Shown here piece by piece: positions 39,239 to 47,753 of a stretch of DNA of 64,000 bases (position 1 is the first letter of the stretch; each line of letters starts with the position of its first letter). Source of the DNA: an uncultured Acidobacteriota bacterium. Its GTDB lineage: Bacteria; Acidobacteriota; Thermoanaerobaculia; Thermoanaerobaculales; Sulfomarinibacteraceae. The position numbers were made by a program, and so were the translations under genes. The stretch lies in the NCBI GenBank assembly GCA_963727925.1, contig CAVSIS010000040.1, positions 113,936 through 177,935 on the forward strand, read 5' to 3'. Under the pieces are notes generated by a model. It ran no database searches, had not been told where the DNA came from, and saw only the letters and a list, made by a program, of their open reading frames with translations.

Positions 39239-40705
39239 ATGGACGACCACCGACCCGACCACGCAGGCGACCTCGACCCCGAGGCCTTTCGGGTCGAGGC
39301 CCATCGAATGGTGGACTGGATTGCCAACTACCTGGCCGGCGGCGTGCGCGAGCTCCCGGTGCTGTCGCGTGTCCGCCCGGGCGAGGTCACCGGCCGCCTG
39401 CCCGCGACCATGCCCGACAGTGGCGAGCCGCTGGAGCAGATCTGGCGGGACTTCGAGGACATCGTCCTGCCCGGCGTGACCCACTGGAACCACCCCGGCT
39501 TCATGGCCTACTTTGGGACCACCGGCTCTGCGCCGGGGATCCTCGGCGAGCTCCTGTCGGCGGCGCTCAACGTCAACGGCATGCTGTGGCGCACCTGCCC
39601 CTCCGCGACCGAGCTCGAGCTCGTAGTCCTCGGCTGGCTGCGCGCCGCGCTCGGCCTGCCCGAGAGCTTTTTCGGCTTCCTCACCGACACCGCGTCGACC
39701 AGCTCGCTCGTCGCGCTCGCGGCGGCGCGCGAGGCCGCCGACATCGACGTCCGCCAAAGGGGCATGGCGGGACGTCCCGACCTGCCGCAGCTGGTCGTCT
39801 ACGCCTCGGACCAGGCCCACTCGTCGATCGCCAAGGCCTGCCTCACCCTCGGCCTCGGACTCGACGGCTGCCACACCGTGCCGCACGACGGTGAGTACCG
39901 AATGGATGTCGCGGCGCTGTCAGCGATGATCCGCGAGGACCGCGCCCAAGGTCGGCGCCCTCTCGCGGTGGTCGCGACCGTCGGGACGACCTCAACGACC
40001 TCGGTTGACCCGGTCGCGCGCCTCGCCGAGTTGTGTGAAGCCGAGAATCTATGGCTCCACGTCGATGCCGCCTATGCCGGCTCGGCCGCTATGTGCCCCG
40101 AGCACGCCTGGTGTCTCGAGGGCTGCGACAGGGCCTCCAGCTTCGTGTTCAACCCCCACAAGTGGCTGTTCACACCGATCGACGCCTCGGCGCTCTATAC
40201 CCGCCACCCGGACGTCTTCCGTCGCGCGTTCTCGCTCGTCCCGGAGTACCTCATCACGCCCGTCACCGGACGGGTCGTCGACCTCATGGACTACGGCGTC
40301 CAGCTCGGCCGACGGTTCCGCGCCCTCAAGCTGTGGTGGGTCCTGCGCAGCTTCGGCCTCGACGGCATCCAGGAACGTATCCGTGGCCACGTGGCCATGG
40401 CCCGGGAGTTCGCCAGCTGGGTCGACCATCGGACTGACCTCGAGCGCCTCGCGCCGGTGCCCTTCTCCGTGGTGTGCTTCCGAGCCCGCCCGGACGGGTT
40501 CGCCGAAGGCGAGGCGCTCGACCGCGTCCAGATCGAGCTCCTCGAGCGGGTCAACGCCTCCGGCGAGGTCTACCTGTCCCACACCCGGCTCGACCCCGGT
40601 ATCGCCTTGCGCGTCGCGATCGGCAACCTCCGCACCACCGCGGGCGACCTCGAGCGCTGCCGCCATTTGATCTCAGAGGGCCTGACGTGCCTCAGCAGCC
40701 GCTGA
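39239..40705 (+). CDS. pyridoxal-dependent (group II) aromatic-L-amino-acid/tyrosine decarboxylase
   Basis: HRMVDWIANYL, VTHWNHPGFMAYF, SSLVALAAARE and the PLP-lysine motif FNPHKWLF. Confidence 0.9.
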   Translation: MDDHRPDHAGDLDPEAFRVEAHRMVDWIANYLAGGVRELPVLSRVRPGEVTGRLPATMPDSGEPLEQIWRDFEDIVLPGVTHWNHPGFMAYFGTTGSAPGILGELLSAALNVNGMLWRTCPSATELELVVLGWLRAALGLPESFFGFLTDTASTSSLVALAAAREAADIDVRQRGMAGRPDLPQLVVYASDQAHSSIAKACLTLGLGLDGCHTVPHDGEYRMDVAALSAMIREDRAQGRRPLAVVATVGTTSTTSVDPVARLAELCEAENLWLHVDAAYAGSAAMCPEHAWCLEGCDRASSFVFNPHKWLFTPIDASALYTRHPDVFRRAFSLVPEYLITPVTGRVVDLMDYGVQLGRRFRALKLWWVLRSFGLDGIQERIRGHVAMAREFASWVDHRTDLERLAPVPFSVVCFRARPDGFAEGEALDRVQIELLERVNASGEVYLSHTRLDPGIALRVAIGNLRTTAGDLERCRHLISEGLTCLSSR

Positions 40706-41610
40706 TGGAGCCCCCGAGCCGCCTCGCTCGAGCCGTCGCCTGGACCCGCGCGATCGTCGTCGCGACGGTCGGCCTCGCGTCCCTGATCGTGGTCAACGCC
40801 GCCCAGACAGCGAGCCTGGTCCTGCTCCCGATCTCCCGGCGCGCCTTCCGGCGGTTCAACCGCTGGTGCGCGAGCACCTGGTGGGGCGCGTGCGTGGTGC
40901 TTGCGGAACGCCTCAACCGCACCCGCCTGATCGTCACAGGAATCGACGTGCCAGCCGACGAGAACGCGATCGTGATCGTCAACCACCAGCAGATGCCCGA
41001 CATCACCACGCTGATGGCCTTGGCCCGTTCCAAACACCGCCTCGGCGACCTCAAGTTCTTCGTCAAGAAGGCACTGCAGTGGGTCCCCGGAATCGGCTGG
41101 GGCATGCAGTTCCTGAGCTGCCCGTTTGTCGCCCGCGACTGGACCGCGGACCGCGATCGCATCGCCCGCACCTTCCACACCATCACCCACGAGCGCATCC
41201 CGCTGTGGCTGGTCTCCTTCGTCGAAGGCACCCGGGCGACGCCGGAGAAGATCTCCCTGAGCCAGGCCTACGCGCGCGAGCGAGGTCTGGCCGTGCTCGA
41301 GCACGTCCTGGTCCCGCGCACCAAAGGCTTCGTCGCCTCGGTGCAGGGGCTCGGCCGCCACGTCGGCGCCGTCTACGACGTCACCATCGGTTACGCCGAA
41401 GGCGTCCCCACGCTATGGCAGTTCATCAAAGGTCGGGTTCGCGACATCCACGTCCACGTGCGGCGTTTCCCGACCGACGATCTCCCCCGCCTCGAGGCCG
41501 AGCTGGCCGAGTGGCTGCACGCGCGTTTCACGGAAAAGGACCTCCTGCTGACGTACTTCTATGCCCACGGCTGCTTCCCCGACGAGGTTCTCCCGGCGGA
41601 GACGGGCTAA
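40705..41610 (+). CDS. PlsC/LPLAT-superfamily acyltransferase
   Basis: The start overlaps the decarboxylase stop (TGATG). It has an N-terminal TM helix, the HX4D motif VNHQQMPD, and FVEGTRATPEK. Confidence 0.8.
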   Translation: MEPPSRLARAVAWTRAIVVATVGLASLIVVNAAQTASLVLLPISRRAFRRFNRWCASTWWGACVVLAERLNRTRLIVTGIDVPADENAIVIVNHQQMPDITTLMALARSKHRLGDLKFFVKKALQWVPGIGWGMQFLSCPFVARDWTADRDRIARTFHTITHERIPLWLVSFVEGTRATPEKISLSQAYARERGLAVLEHVLVPRTKGFVASVQGLGRHVGAVYDVTIGYAEGVPTLWQFIKGRVRDIHVHVRRFPTDDLPRLEAELAEWLHARFTEKDLLLTYFYAHGCFPDEVLPAETG

Positions 41611-41720
41611 CCTACAGTCACATTTTTGAGGCGCCTTCTCAACTGAGAATGAGCCTCTGAGACGTCGTCTTTCAGCTTGACCAGACACCATACGCTCTGC
41701 CAATATGGTGATACAGGGGG

Positions 41721-42086
41721 TTGGCCGTGGTCATCGAAGAGCTCTGCTCCATCCATGAGATCGACCCGGCATCGGTCGCGGCGGCCCAGGCGAACGCACT
41801 TTCGGAGCGCACCATCGACCGCCTGAGCCGGCTCTTCTCGGCCTTTGCCGATCCCACCCGGCTGCGCCTGCTGCACGCCCTGACCTCCACCCGGGAGCTC
41901 TGCGTCTGCGATCTGGCGGTGATTGCCGGGCTCTCCGTCTCCGCCGTGAGCCATCAGCTCCGTTTGCTGCGCGACCGCGACTTGGTCCGCGCCCGCCGCG
42001 ACGGCCGCATGGTTTACTACAGCCTCGCGGACGAGCACGTCACGATCCTGATCGCGGCAGGTGTCGAACACGCCTGCGAGGGCTGA
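41721..42086 (+). CDS. ArsR/SmtB-family metalloregulator
   Basis: LFSAFADPTRLRLLHALTSTRELCVCDLAVIAGLSVSAVSHQLRLLRDRDLV contains the wHTH and the ELCVCDL metal site. The start codon is uncertain (TTG at 41721 or GTG at 41727). Confidence 0.85.
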   Translation: MAVVIEELCSIHEIDPASVAAAQANALSERTIDRLSRLFSAFADPTRLRLLHALTSTRELCVCDLAVIAGLSVSAVSHQLRLLRDRDLVRARRDGRMVYYSLADEHVTILIAAGVEHACEG

Positions 42087-42111
42087 GATCACTGGCCGGT
42101 GACGACTCGGC

Positions 42112-42534
42112 CTACTTGGTTTCAGGCTTGGCGGCTGACATCTGAATGCCGGTCGCACCGGCCTCCCTGGCGAGGTCGAGCACGTGCACGACCACACCGT
42201 AGTCTGCGCCGCGGTCGCCCTTGAGGATGATCTGCTTGTCGGGAGCGCGATCGACCAGTCGGCGGATCTTCTGCTCGAGGTCGCGCTCCGGCACCTGCTG
42301 GTCATCGATCCAGATCGAACCGTCGGCGGCGACGGTCACCAGCGGTGGCTTCTCGTCGCGGCCCTGACCGACAGTCTCGGCCGTCTTGGCCTCTGGCAGC
42401 TTGAGCTTGAGCCGCTGGTCGCTGACGAACTGGGTCGTGACCGCGTAGAACATGAGCAACAGGAACACGACGTCGATCAGGGACGCGATCTGCACCTCCG
42501 GACGGCTCCGTGTTCGACCGGGCACGAGTCTCAT
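42112..42534 (-). CDS. exbD: ExbD/TolR biopolymer transport protein
   Basis: 140 aa with IASLIDVVFLLLMFY and ILKGDRGADYGVVVHVLD. Confidence 0.88.
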   Translation of the reverse strand: MRLVPGRTRSRPEVQIASLIDVVFLLLMFYAVTTQFVSDQRLKLKLPEAKTAETVGQGRDEKPPLVTVAADGSIWIDDQQVPERDLEQKIRRLVDRAPDKQIILKGDRGADYGVVVHVLDLAREAGATGIQMSAAKPETK

Positions 42535-43160
42535 GACGCCGCCTCCTCGTTCCGCTCAACGGGCTGGCGGACCAGGTGCATGAAATCGAGCAGCTGGGTC
42601 TCGATGTCGGCAAGGATGCCGATCGCTCGCGCCTCGAGGAAGGAGTGAGCGAAGAGGGTCGGAATCGCGATGATGAGCCCGGCCGCGGTGGTGATCAACG
42701 CGACCGAGATGCCGGCAGAGAGCTGGTCGGTGATCGCGGCCCCGGCCTGGGCGACGACCGCGAAGATCTTGATCATCCCGAGCACCGTGCCGAGCAGACC
42801 GAGCAGGGGCGAGCCGGCGATGATCGTGCCCAGGGCCGGGAGCCCACGCTGCAGGCCGAGCAGCTGGTGACGTCCGGTGTCCTCGAGGATCTCCTTGAGC
42901 TCGTCGTAGGGCGCATTGCGGTTCTCGACCAGCGTCGACACCAGCTCGGTGAAGGGCCCGGCGTGTCGCCGACAGTAGTCGACAGCGTGCTGATACTGGC
43001 GTCCGGCGAGCAGCTGCGACAGGGTGGAGACGGTCTCCGTGCGCAGGAAGTTGGTACGGCGCAGCACCCACAGCCGCTCGAGCACGATCGCCACGGCCGC
43101 CAGGGAGAGCAGGCCGAGAGGGATCATGACCGGGCCACCGGAGATCAGGATGTCGATCAC
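42531..43160 (-). CDS. exbB: MotA/TolQ/ExbB proton channel protein
   Basis: 209 aa with GSPLLGLLGTVLGMIKIF and ITTAAGLIIAIP. It overlaps the exbD start by 4 nt. Confidence 0.9.
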   Translation of the reverse strand: MIDILISGGPVMIPLGLLSLAAVAIVLERLWVLRRTNFLRTETVSTLSQLLAGRQYQHAVDYCRRHAGPFTELVSTLVENRNAPYDELKEILEDTGRHQLLGLQRGLPALGTIIAGSPLLGLLGTVLGMIKIFAVVAQAGAAITDQLSAGISVALITTAAGLIIAIPTLFAHSFLEARAIGILADIETQLLDFMHLVRQPVERNEEAAS

Positions 43161-43170
43161 GGCGTACTCC

Positions 43171-44112
43171 TCATTCGTCGCCCCGGTTCGGGGGGCGGGT
43201 ATTGTAGAAGAAGGTAATCGTAACGCCCTCGCGGTCGACCCCGGTGAGATCGCTCGGCAGGGGGTCGAACGGAGCGGCGCCGCCGATCGCGTCGCGGGCG
43301 GCGAAGTCCATCGGCGGCTTGCCCGACTCGTTGAGGATGGCGAGGCCGTTCATGGTCCCATCGCGCTCGATGAAGAAGCGGATCCGCACCACACCCTGAA
43401 CTCCGAGCTGGGCGATCTCGGGGATGCGCCAGTGGGCGCGTATTTTGGCCAGCATCTTCTTGGCGTACGGACCCCAGTCGTACCACTGGGTGTCGAATGA
43501 CAACCCGCCGGCGTCGACCTGTCCACCGCCGCGGTCGGGCAGTTGGGGCAGACCTCCCGCATCGGGCGGCAGCGCCCACGCACCCGGCGGTGGTAACAGC
43601 TGCTGGTTCGGGGGCCGCTGGTTTGGGGCCTGGCGCTCCCCGGCGCCGTCGGGCGCCGGCGTCGGGCGCTGCGGTTCCCGTTCGCGGCGCTCATTCGGCT
43701 GCTGGGGCTCCGGCGGCGGCACCTGTCGTGTGCGGGTCCCGGGAGCCTGTGCAGGCACGCCGCGCCGCAGCTCCAGACCGCCGTCCGACTGGACCAACTG
43801 CGGCGTGTTGCCGCGCACACCGACGCTGTCGGAGGGGTCCCCCTCACCCCCGTGGGCACGCCGGTCAAGATCCGACAGTGGGACCGGCCGGTCCTCCCGC
43901 GGACGCTCCTTGCGCTCCTCGGGAAGATCCACGAACTCGAAGCTCAGCGGCTGCTTGTCCTCTGGAGGGGTCACTGGCACCAGAGAAGCGCTCGAGGCGG
44001 ACGCCGGCCACAGCTCGACCACCCGCGGGGCGATCAGGAAGATCACCAGCAGGTGGAGGAGCACTGAGATCTCGATGGCGCGGCGGAGGGTCCCGCGGTC
44101 CTTCTTCAACAC
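43171..44112 (-). CDS. tonB: TonB-family energy transducer
   Basis: GTG start giving VLKKDRGTLRRAIEISVLLHLLVIFLIAP (anchor). A Pro/Arg/Glu-rich spacer follows. The C-terminal TonB fold reads GVVRIRFFIERDGTMNGLAILNESG...DREGVTITFFY. Confidence 0.8.
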   Translation of the reverse strand: MLKKDRGTLRRAIEISVLLHLLVIFLIAPRVVELWPASASSASLVPVTPPEDKQPLSFEFVDLPEERKERPREDRPVPLSDLDRRAHGGEGDPSDSVGVRGNTPQLVQSDGGLELRRGVPAQAPGTRTRQVPPPEPQQPNERREREPQRPTPAPDGAGERQAPNQRPPNQQLLPPPGAWALPPDAGGLPQLPDRGGGQVDAGGLSFDTQWYDWGPYAKKMLAKIRAHWRIPEIAQLGVQGVVRIRFFIERDGTMNGLAILNESGKPPMDFAARDAIGGAAPFDPLPSDLTGVDREGVTITFFYNTRPPNRGDE

Positions 44113-44123
44113 AGCGCGTCCTG

Positions 44124-44139
44124 TGCAAGTCCTCTGCCA
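44124..44139 (-). promoter_or_regulatory. sigma-54-like element TGGCAGAGGACTTGCA
   Basis: The minus-strand sequence matches TGGCA-N6-TTGCA at consensus spacing. It ends only 11 nt before the proposed tonB GTG, which makes the geometry awkward. Confidence 0.3.
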
Positions 44140-44380
44140 GCTCTCTCGGGACGCCGTCGCCGGCCCCCCCACCCGAAAGGACAACGCACGCCGATGCGTC
44201 TGCCTTCCGCATTCGCCCGACGTGCCGGTCTGACCTGCGGCCCGGGCCAGGTTGGCGCCGGAGCCGTTCCACGAAGGCCGGTCATGGGTGCGGCGAGCAC
44301 CGCGAGGCGACGCCACGAGGTCGGGTCTGATGCCGCGCCGCCCGTAGCGGGCGGTACGAGAGGTTCGGACGGGCAGCCCG

Positions 44381-45517
44381 TCACGAGGCCAGTGCCGCCA
44401 GAAAGGCAGCTCCCACGACGCCCAGTCGCCAACCCTCGAGGCCGCAGTCGGTCAGGTCGCTCTCGGAGGAGGGTATCGGCTGCCGGGTCGCCACCGCCTC
44501 CACCACCGCCCTCGGGCACAGCAGCCCGGGCTCGATCGCGAGCTCGGCGGCGGCGGCGTTGCGCAGAGCGAGCAAACGCTCGATCCAGGAGCGAATCTCG
44601 GGCCGCGGGGGCTCGGGCCGCGGTCTGTGGACATGTCCTGGGGACGGAGAGGGTTGAGCGAGCAGTTGCAGGAGCTCAGCGCCCCGGCGGCGGACGAGCT
44701 GACGTCCGACACCCTTCAGTGCAGCCAGATCCCGGAGGTCCTTGGGCGGATCCATCGACAGCGCGACCAGCTCCCGGTTGCCGAGCACCTTGAACGGAGG
44801 GACGTCGCGCTCCTGCGCGATCGTCTCACGCCAGCCATGCAGGCTGAACAGCCGGTCTCGGGCCTCGCCGCGGAGCACGCGGGCGCCCTTGATCTTCTCG
44901 AAGGCGAGCGGGTCCTCGGCCTGCGGGACGTGCCGCACCCGTTCCAGTCGGAGGAAATCCTCCTCGGCCCACGACCAGCGGCCAAGATCGACCAGGCGCG
45001 CCCGCAGTCGGGCGGCGAGCTCCGCCAGGTACGCGGTGTCTCGAGCGGCGTAGGCCAGCATCGACGCCGAGAGCGGCCGCTGCCCCCAGTCGGCCCGCTG
45101 GTGGCGCTTGTCGAGCTCGACCCCGAGCTCGGCGGCGAGAAGGGCTGCGAGACCTGTCTTGGCCTCGCCGAGCAGCTGGGCCATCACCTGCGTGTCGTTC
45201 AGACCCGCGATCCGGGCGCCGTAATCACGGTCGAGCACGCGAAGGTCGTAGTCGGCGCCGTGCATGAGCACGGTCAGAGCGGGTTCGGCCAGCACCTCGA
45301 ACAGCGGCGCGAGGCCCTCGGCGCCCACAGCGAGCGGGTCGACGACGTAGTGGTGTTCGTTGACCGAGACCTGCACCAGGCAGACCTTGTGGAAGTAGGA
45401 GTGCAGCGAGTCGGCCTCGGTGTCGAGCGCGATGCGGCCGACGCTGCGGCACTGCTTGGCGAGGTCGCGCACCAGGCTCGGTCGGTCCACCCAGATTGGG
45501 GACGGCGTCTCGGACAC
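44381..45517 (-). CDS. rnd: ribonuclease D
   Basis: The DEDD exonuclease motifs are LDTEADS, HGADYDL and YAARDTAYL, followed by an HRDC-like region. GTG start chosen to give 378 aa. The longer ORF would overlap the divergent S8 gene. Confidence 0.85.
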   Translation of the reverse strand: MSETPSPIWVDRPSLVRDLAKQCRSVGRIALDTEADSLHSYFHKVCLVQVSVNEHHYVVDPLAVGAEGLAPLFEVLAEPALTVLMHGADYDLRVLDRDYGARIAGLNDTQVMAQLLGEAKTGLAALLAAELGVELDKRHQRADWGQRPLSASMLAYAARDTAYLAELAARLRARLVDLGRWSWAEEDFLRLERVRHVPQAEDPLAFEKIKGARVLRGEARDRLFSLHGWRETIAQERDVPPFKVLGNRELVALSMDPPKDLRDLAALKGVGRQLVRRRGAELLQLLAQPSPSPGHVHRPRPEPPRPEIRSWIERLLALRNAAAAELAIEPGLLCPRAVVEAVATRQPIPSSESDLTDCGLEGWRLGVVGAAFLAALAS

Positions 45518-45647
45518 CGGCGGATCGTAGCAGAGAACCGCGCTCCCCTTGCACGACCTCCGAGCCTGACCGATACTGTCCAAGAAGAACAAGCTGCCAT
45601 TCCGCTCAGAAACCGCCGGCCCTGTACCGGCGATTGGAGACTGTGTC

Positions 45648-47561
45648 ATGTCCGTCACGCGCGCAGCTCTCGAAGGGGTCCTGTTCGGCGCCGGCGAGGG
45701 CCGACGTTGGACCCAGGACTCACCCGTGCTCCCGGACGTCTGGCTGGCCTTCGGCGGGGACCCAGTTGCGGTCCTCGACCTGCTGCTCACCCCGCATCGC
45801 AGCACCCGGGCGGGCGCCGTCGCCGCCGCGCTGCGCGCACGGTTGCAGCGCTACCGGCAGGGCCGAACTGAAACGGGAGCGCCTCGACCAACCTCGCCAG
45901 GCGTCGTGTACACGCTGTCGTCGGTCGCCGCGGAGCTCCGATTCGAGGAGCTGGTCCAGGTCGTGCTCCCGATGACGCCCTGGTGGACGAGCTACGTGAC
46001 TGATGACGACGGACGAGCTCTCTCCCGCCTCACGGACCGGGCCCATCGTAAGGCCTTCGTCGACGCAATGGGCCACCCGGAGCGCGGGGGGCAGTTTGCT
46101 GACGGCTCCGGCGTGTCCCCAGAGCTCGCCTGGATGATCCGTACGGTGGGGGCGATCGCGGCGCCCTCACAGCGGGCCGGTTCGGTGCCGAGCGTGACCC
46201 GCATCGTCATGGCCGCCGCGCGGATTCTCGCCGGTGTGCTTCCGGTGAAGGACGGGGAAGCCGGCCTGGTGTGGCTGGTCAACCGCAACCGACCGGCGGG
46301 ACCGGCAGTCTACCGGTCCGCACTCACGGTCAAGGCCGACGCCGCCCGACGCCTGTTCGAGGTCAGCTGTGCCGAGCTGGCGTGGGCGGTGATCGACAGC
46401 GGGATCGACGCCACCCACCCCGCCTTTCTGCGCCACGCCGACCGCGCGGCGGAACCGGTGGGCGAAGGAGCCGACGAGCGGGAGCCGTTCGAGCAGCGAC
46501 CCGACGGCCGCTGGCGGGACAATACCCGCGTCGCGGCCACCTACGACCTCACCGGCGTCCGGACCCTGCTCGACCCCGACACCCTCGACCCGGAAAACCC
46601 CGGTCGCCTGCCTGAGCGGCTACGGAGGCGGCTCGAGGCTCGTGGACCCGAGGCGGACGTGCTGCGCCGCCAGATCACTGACCTCGCACGACACCTCGAG
46701 GCCGGTCGTGAGCTCGACTGGAGCCTGGCCGAGCCGCTGCTGGAGATCCGCCACCGGACCGGTGAGTACGCTCCGCCCGAGCACGATCACGGCACCCACG
46801 TTGCCGGCATCCTGGCCTCGGATTGGCATCGCGAAGACCCCGAACTCCCCCTGATCGAGGGCATCTGCCCGGACCTCCGCCTCTACGACCTCCGAGTGCT
46901 GGGCGCGGACGGCTCGGGCGACGAGCTGTCCGTGATCTCCGCGCTCCAGCTCATTCGCCATCTCAACGCTCGCCACGACTACTTCGTCGCCCACGGCGTC
47001 AACCTCAGCCTCTCGATCCACCATGACGTTGCCAACTTCGCGTGCGGGCGGACTCCGGTGTGCGACGAGTGTGAGCGTCTCGCAGGCGCCGGGGTCGTGG
47101 TGGTGGCCGCCGCCGGCAACCAGGGCTACCGGCGCTACCTGACCGACGCCGGAGCGGCCGAGTCCTACCAGGGAATCAGCATCACCGACCCCGGCAACGC
47201 CGAGTCGGCCATCACCGTCGGCGCCACCCACCGCCAGCGGCCGCACACCTACGGCGTGAGCTACTTCTCGAGTCGCGGGCCGACCGGCGACGGTCGCGTC
47301 AAGCCGGACCTGGTCGCTCCCGGCGAGAAGATCTCGGCCCCCGTGCCGGGCGCCGATCTGCGGCGCAAGGACGGCACCTCGATGGCGGCGCCCCACGTCA
47401 GCGGCGCCGCCGCCATGCTCATGGCGCGGTACAACGAGCTCGTCGGGCAGCCGCAGCGGATCAAGAGCATCCTGACCTCGACCGCGACCGACCTCGGCCG
47501 CGAACGCTACTTCCAGGGCGCGGGCATGCTCGACCTGCTCCGCGCCCTGCAGTCGGTTTAG
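45648..47561 (+). CDS. cytosolic S8 (subtilisin-family) peptidase with about 240-aa uncharacterised N-terminal region
   Basis: The catalytic contexts are WAVIDSGIDATHPAF (Asp), DHGTHVAGILAS (His) and GTSMAAPHVSGAAAML (Ser). There is no signal peptide (MSVTRAALEGVLFGAGEG...). Confidence 0.88.
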   Translation: MSVTRAALEGVLFGAGEGRRWTQDSPVLPDVWLAFGGDPVAVLDLLLTPHRSTRAGAVAAALRARLQRYRQGRTETGAPRPTSPGVVYTLSSVAAELRFEELVQVVLPMTPWWTSYVTDDDGRALSRLTDRAHRKAFVDAMGHPERGGQFADGSGVSPELAWMIRTVGAIAAPSQRAGSVPSVTRIVMAAARILAGVLPVKDGEAGLVWLVNRNRPAGPAVYRSALTVKADAARRLFEVSCAELAWAVIDSGIDATHPAFLRHADRAAEPVGEGADEREPFEQRPDGRWRDNTRVAATYDLTGVRTLLDPDTLDPENPGRLPERLRRRLEARGPEADVLRRQITDLARHLEAGRELDWSLAEPLLEIRHRTGEYAPPEHDHGTHVAGILASDWHREDPELPLIEGICPDLRLYDLRVLGADGSGDELSVISALQLIRHLNARHDYFVAHGVNLSLSIHHDVANFACGRTPVCDECERLAGAGVVVVAAAGNQGYRRYLTDAGAAESYQGISITDPGNAESAITVGATHRQRPHTYGVSYFSSRGPTGDGRVKPDLVAPGEKISAPVPGADLRRKDGTSMAAPHVSGAAAMLMARYNELVGQPQRIKSILTSTATDLGRERYFQGAGMLDLLRALQSV

Positions 47562-47600
47562 CCTGCACTTCTCACCAGGTCACGTCGCGAGGGCGTCGAG

Positions 47601-47717
47601 ATGGCTGTCAGCACGGAGCAATCGAGCAGCGAGGTGCCGAGTCGCATGGGTACATACGTCGCAGGCGACGAGTTGCGAGAAGGCCCGCGCTGGCTGGCAG
47701 ATCGGCGCCCGCAGTAA
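47601..47717 (+). CDS. possible 38-aa small ORF between S8 and MBL genes
   Basis: Own translation gives MAVSTEQSSSEVPSRMGTYVAGDELREGPRWLADRRPQ. GAGGG lies 7 nt upstream. It is too short for the ORF track and there is no other support. Confidence 0.2.
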   Translation: MAVSTEQSSSEVPSRMGTYVAGDELREGPRWLADRRPQ

Positions 47718-47753
47718 GGAGCTGGTAAGCAACGCAGGCGAAAGGAGAGGACG

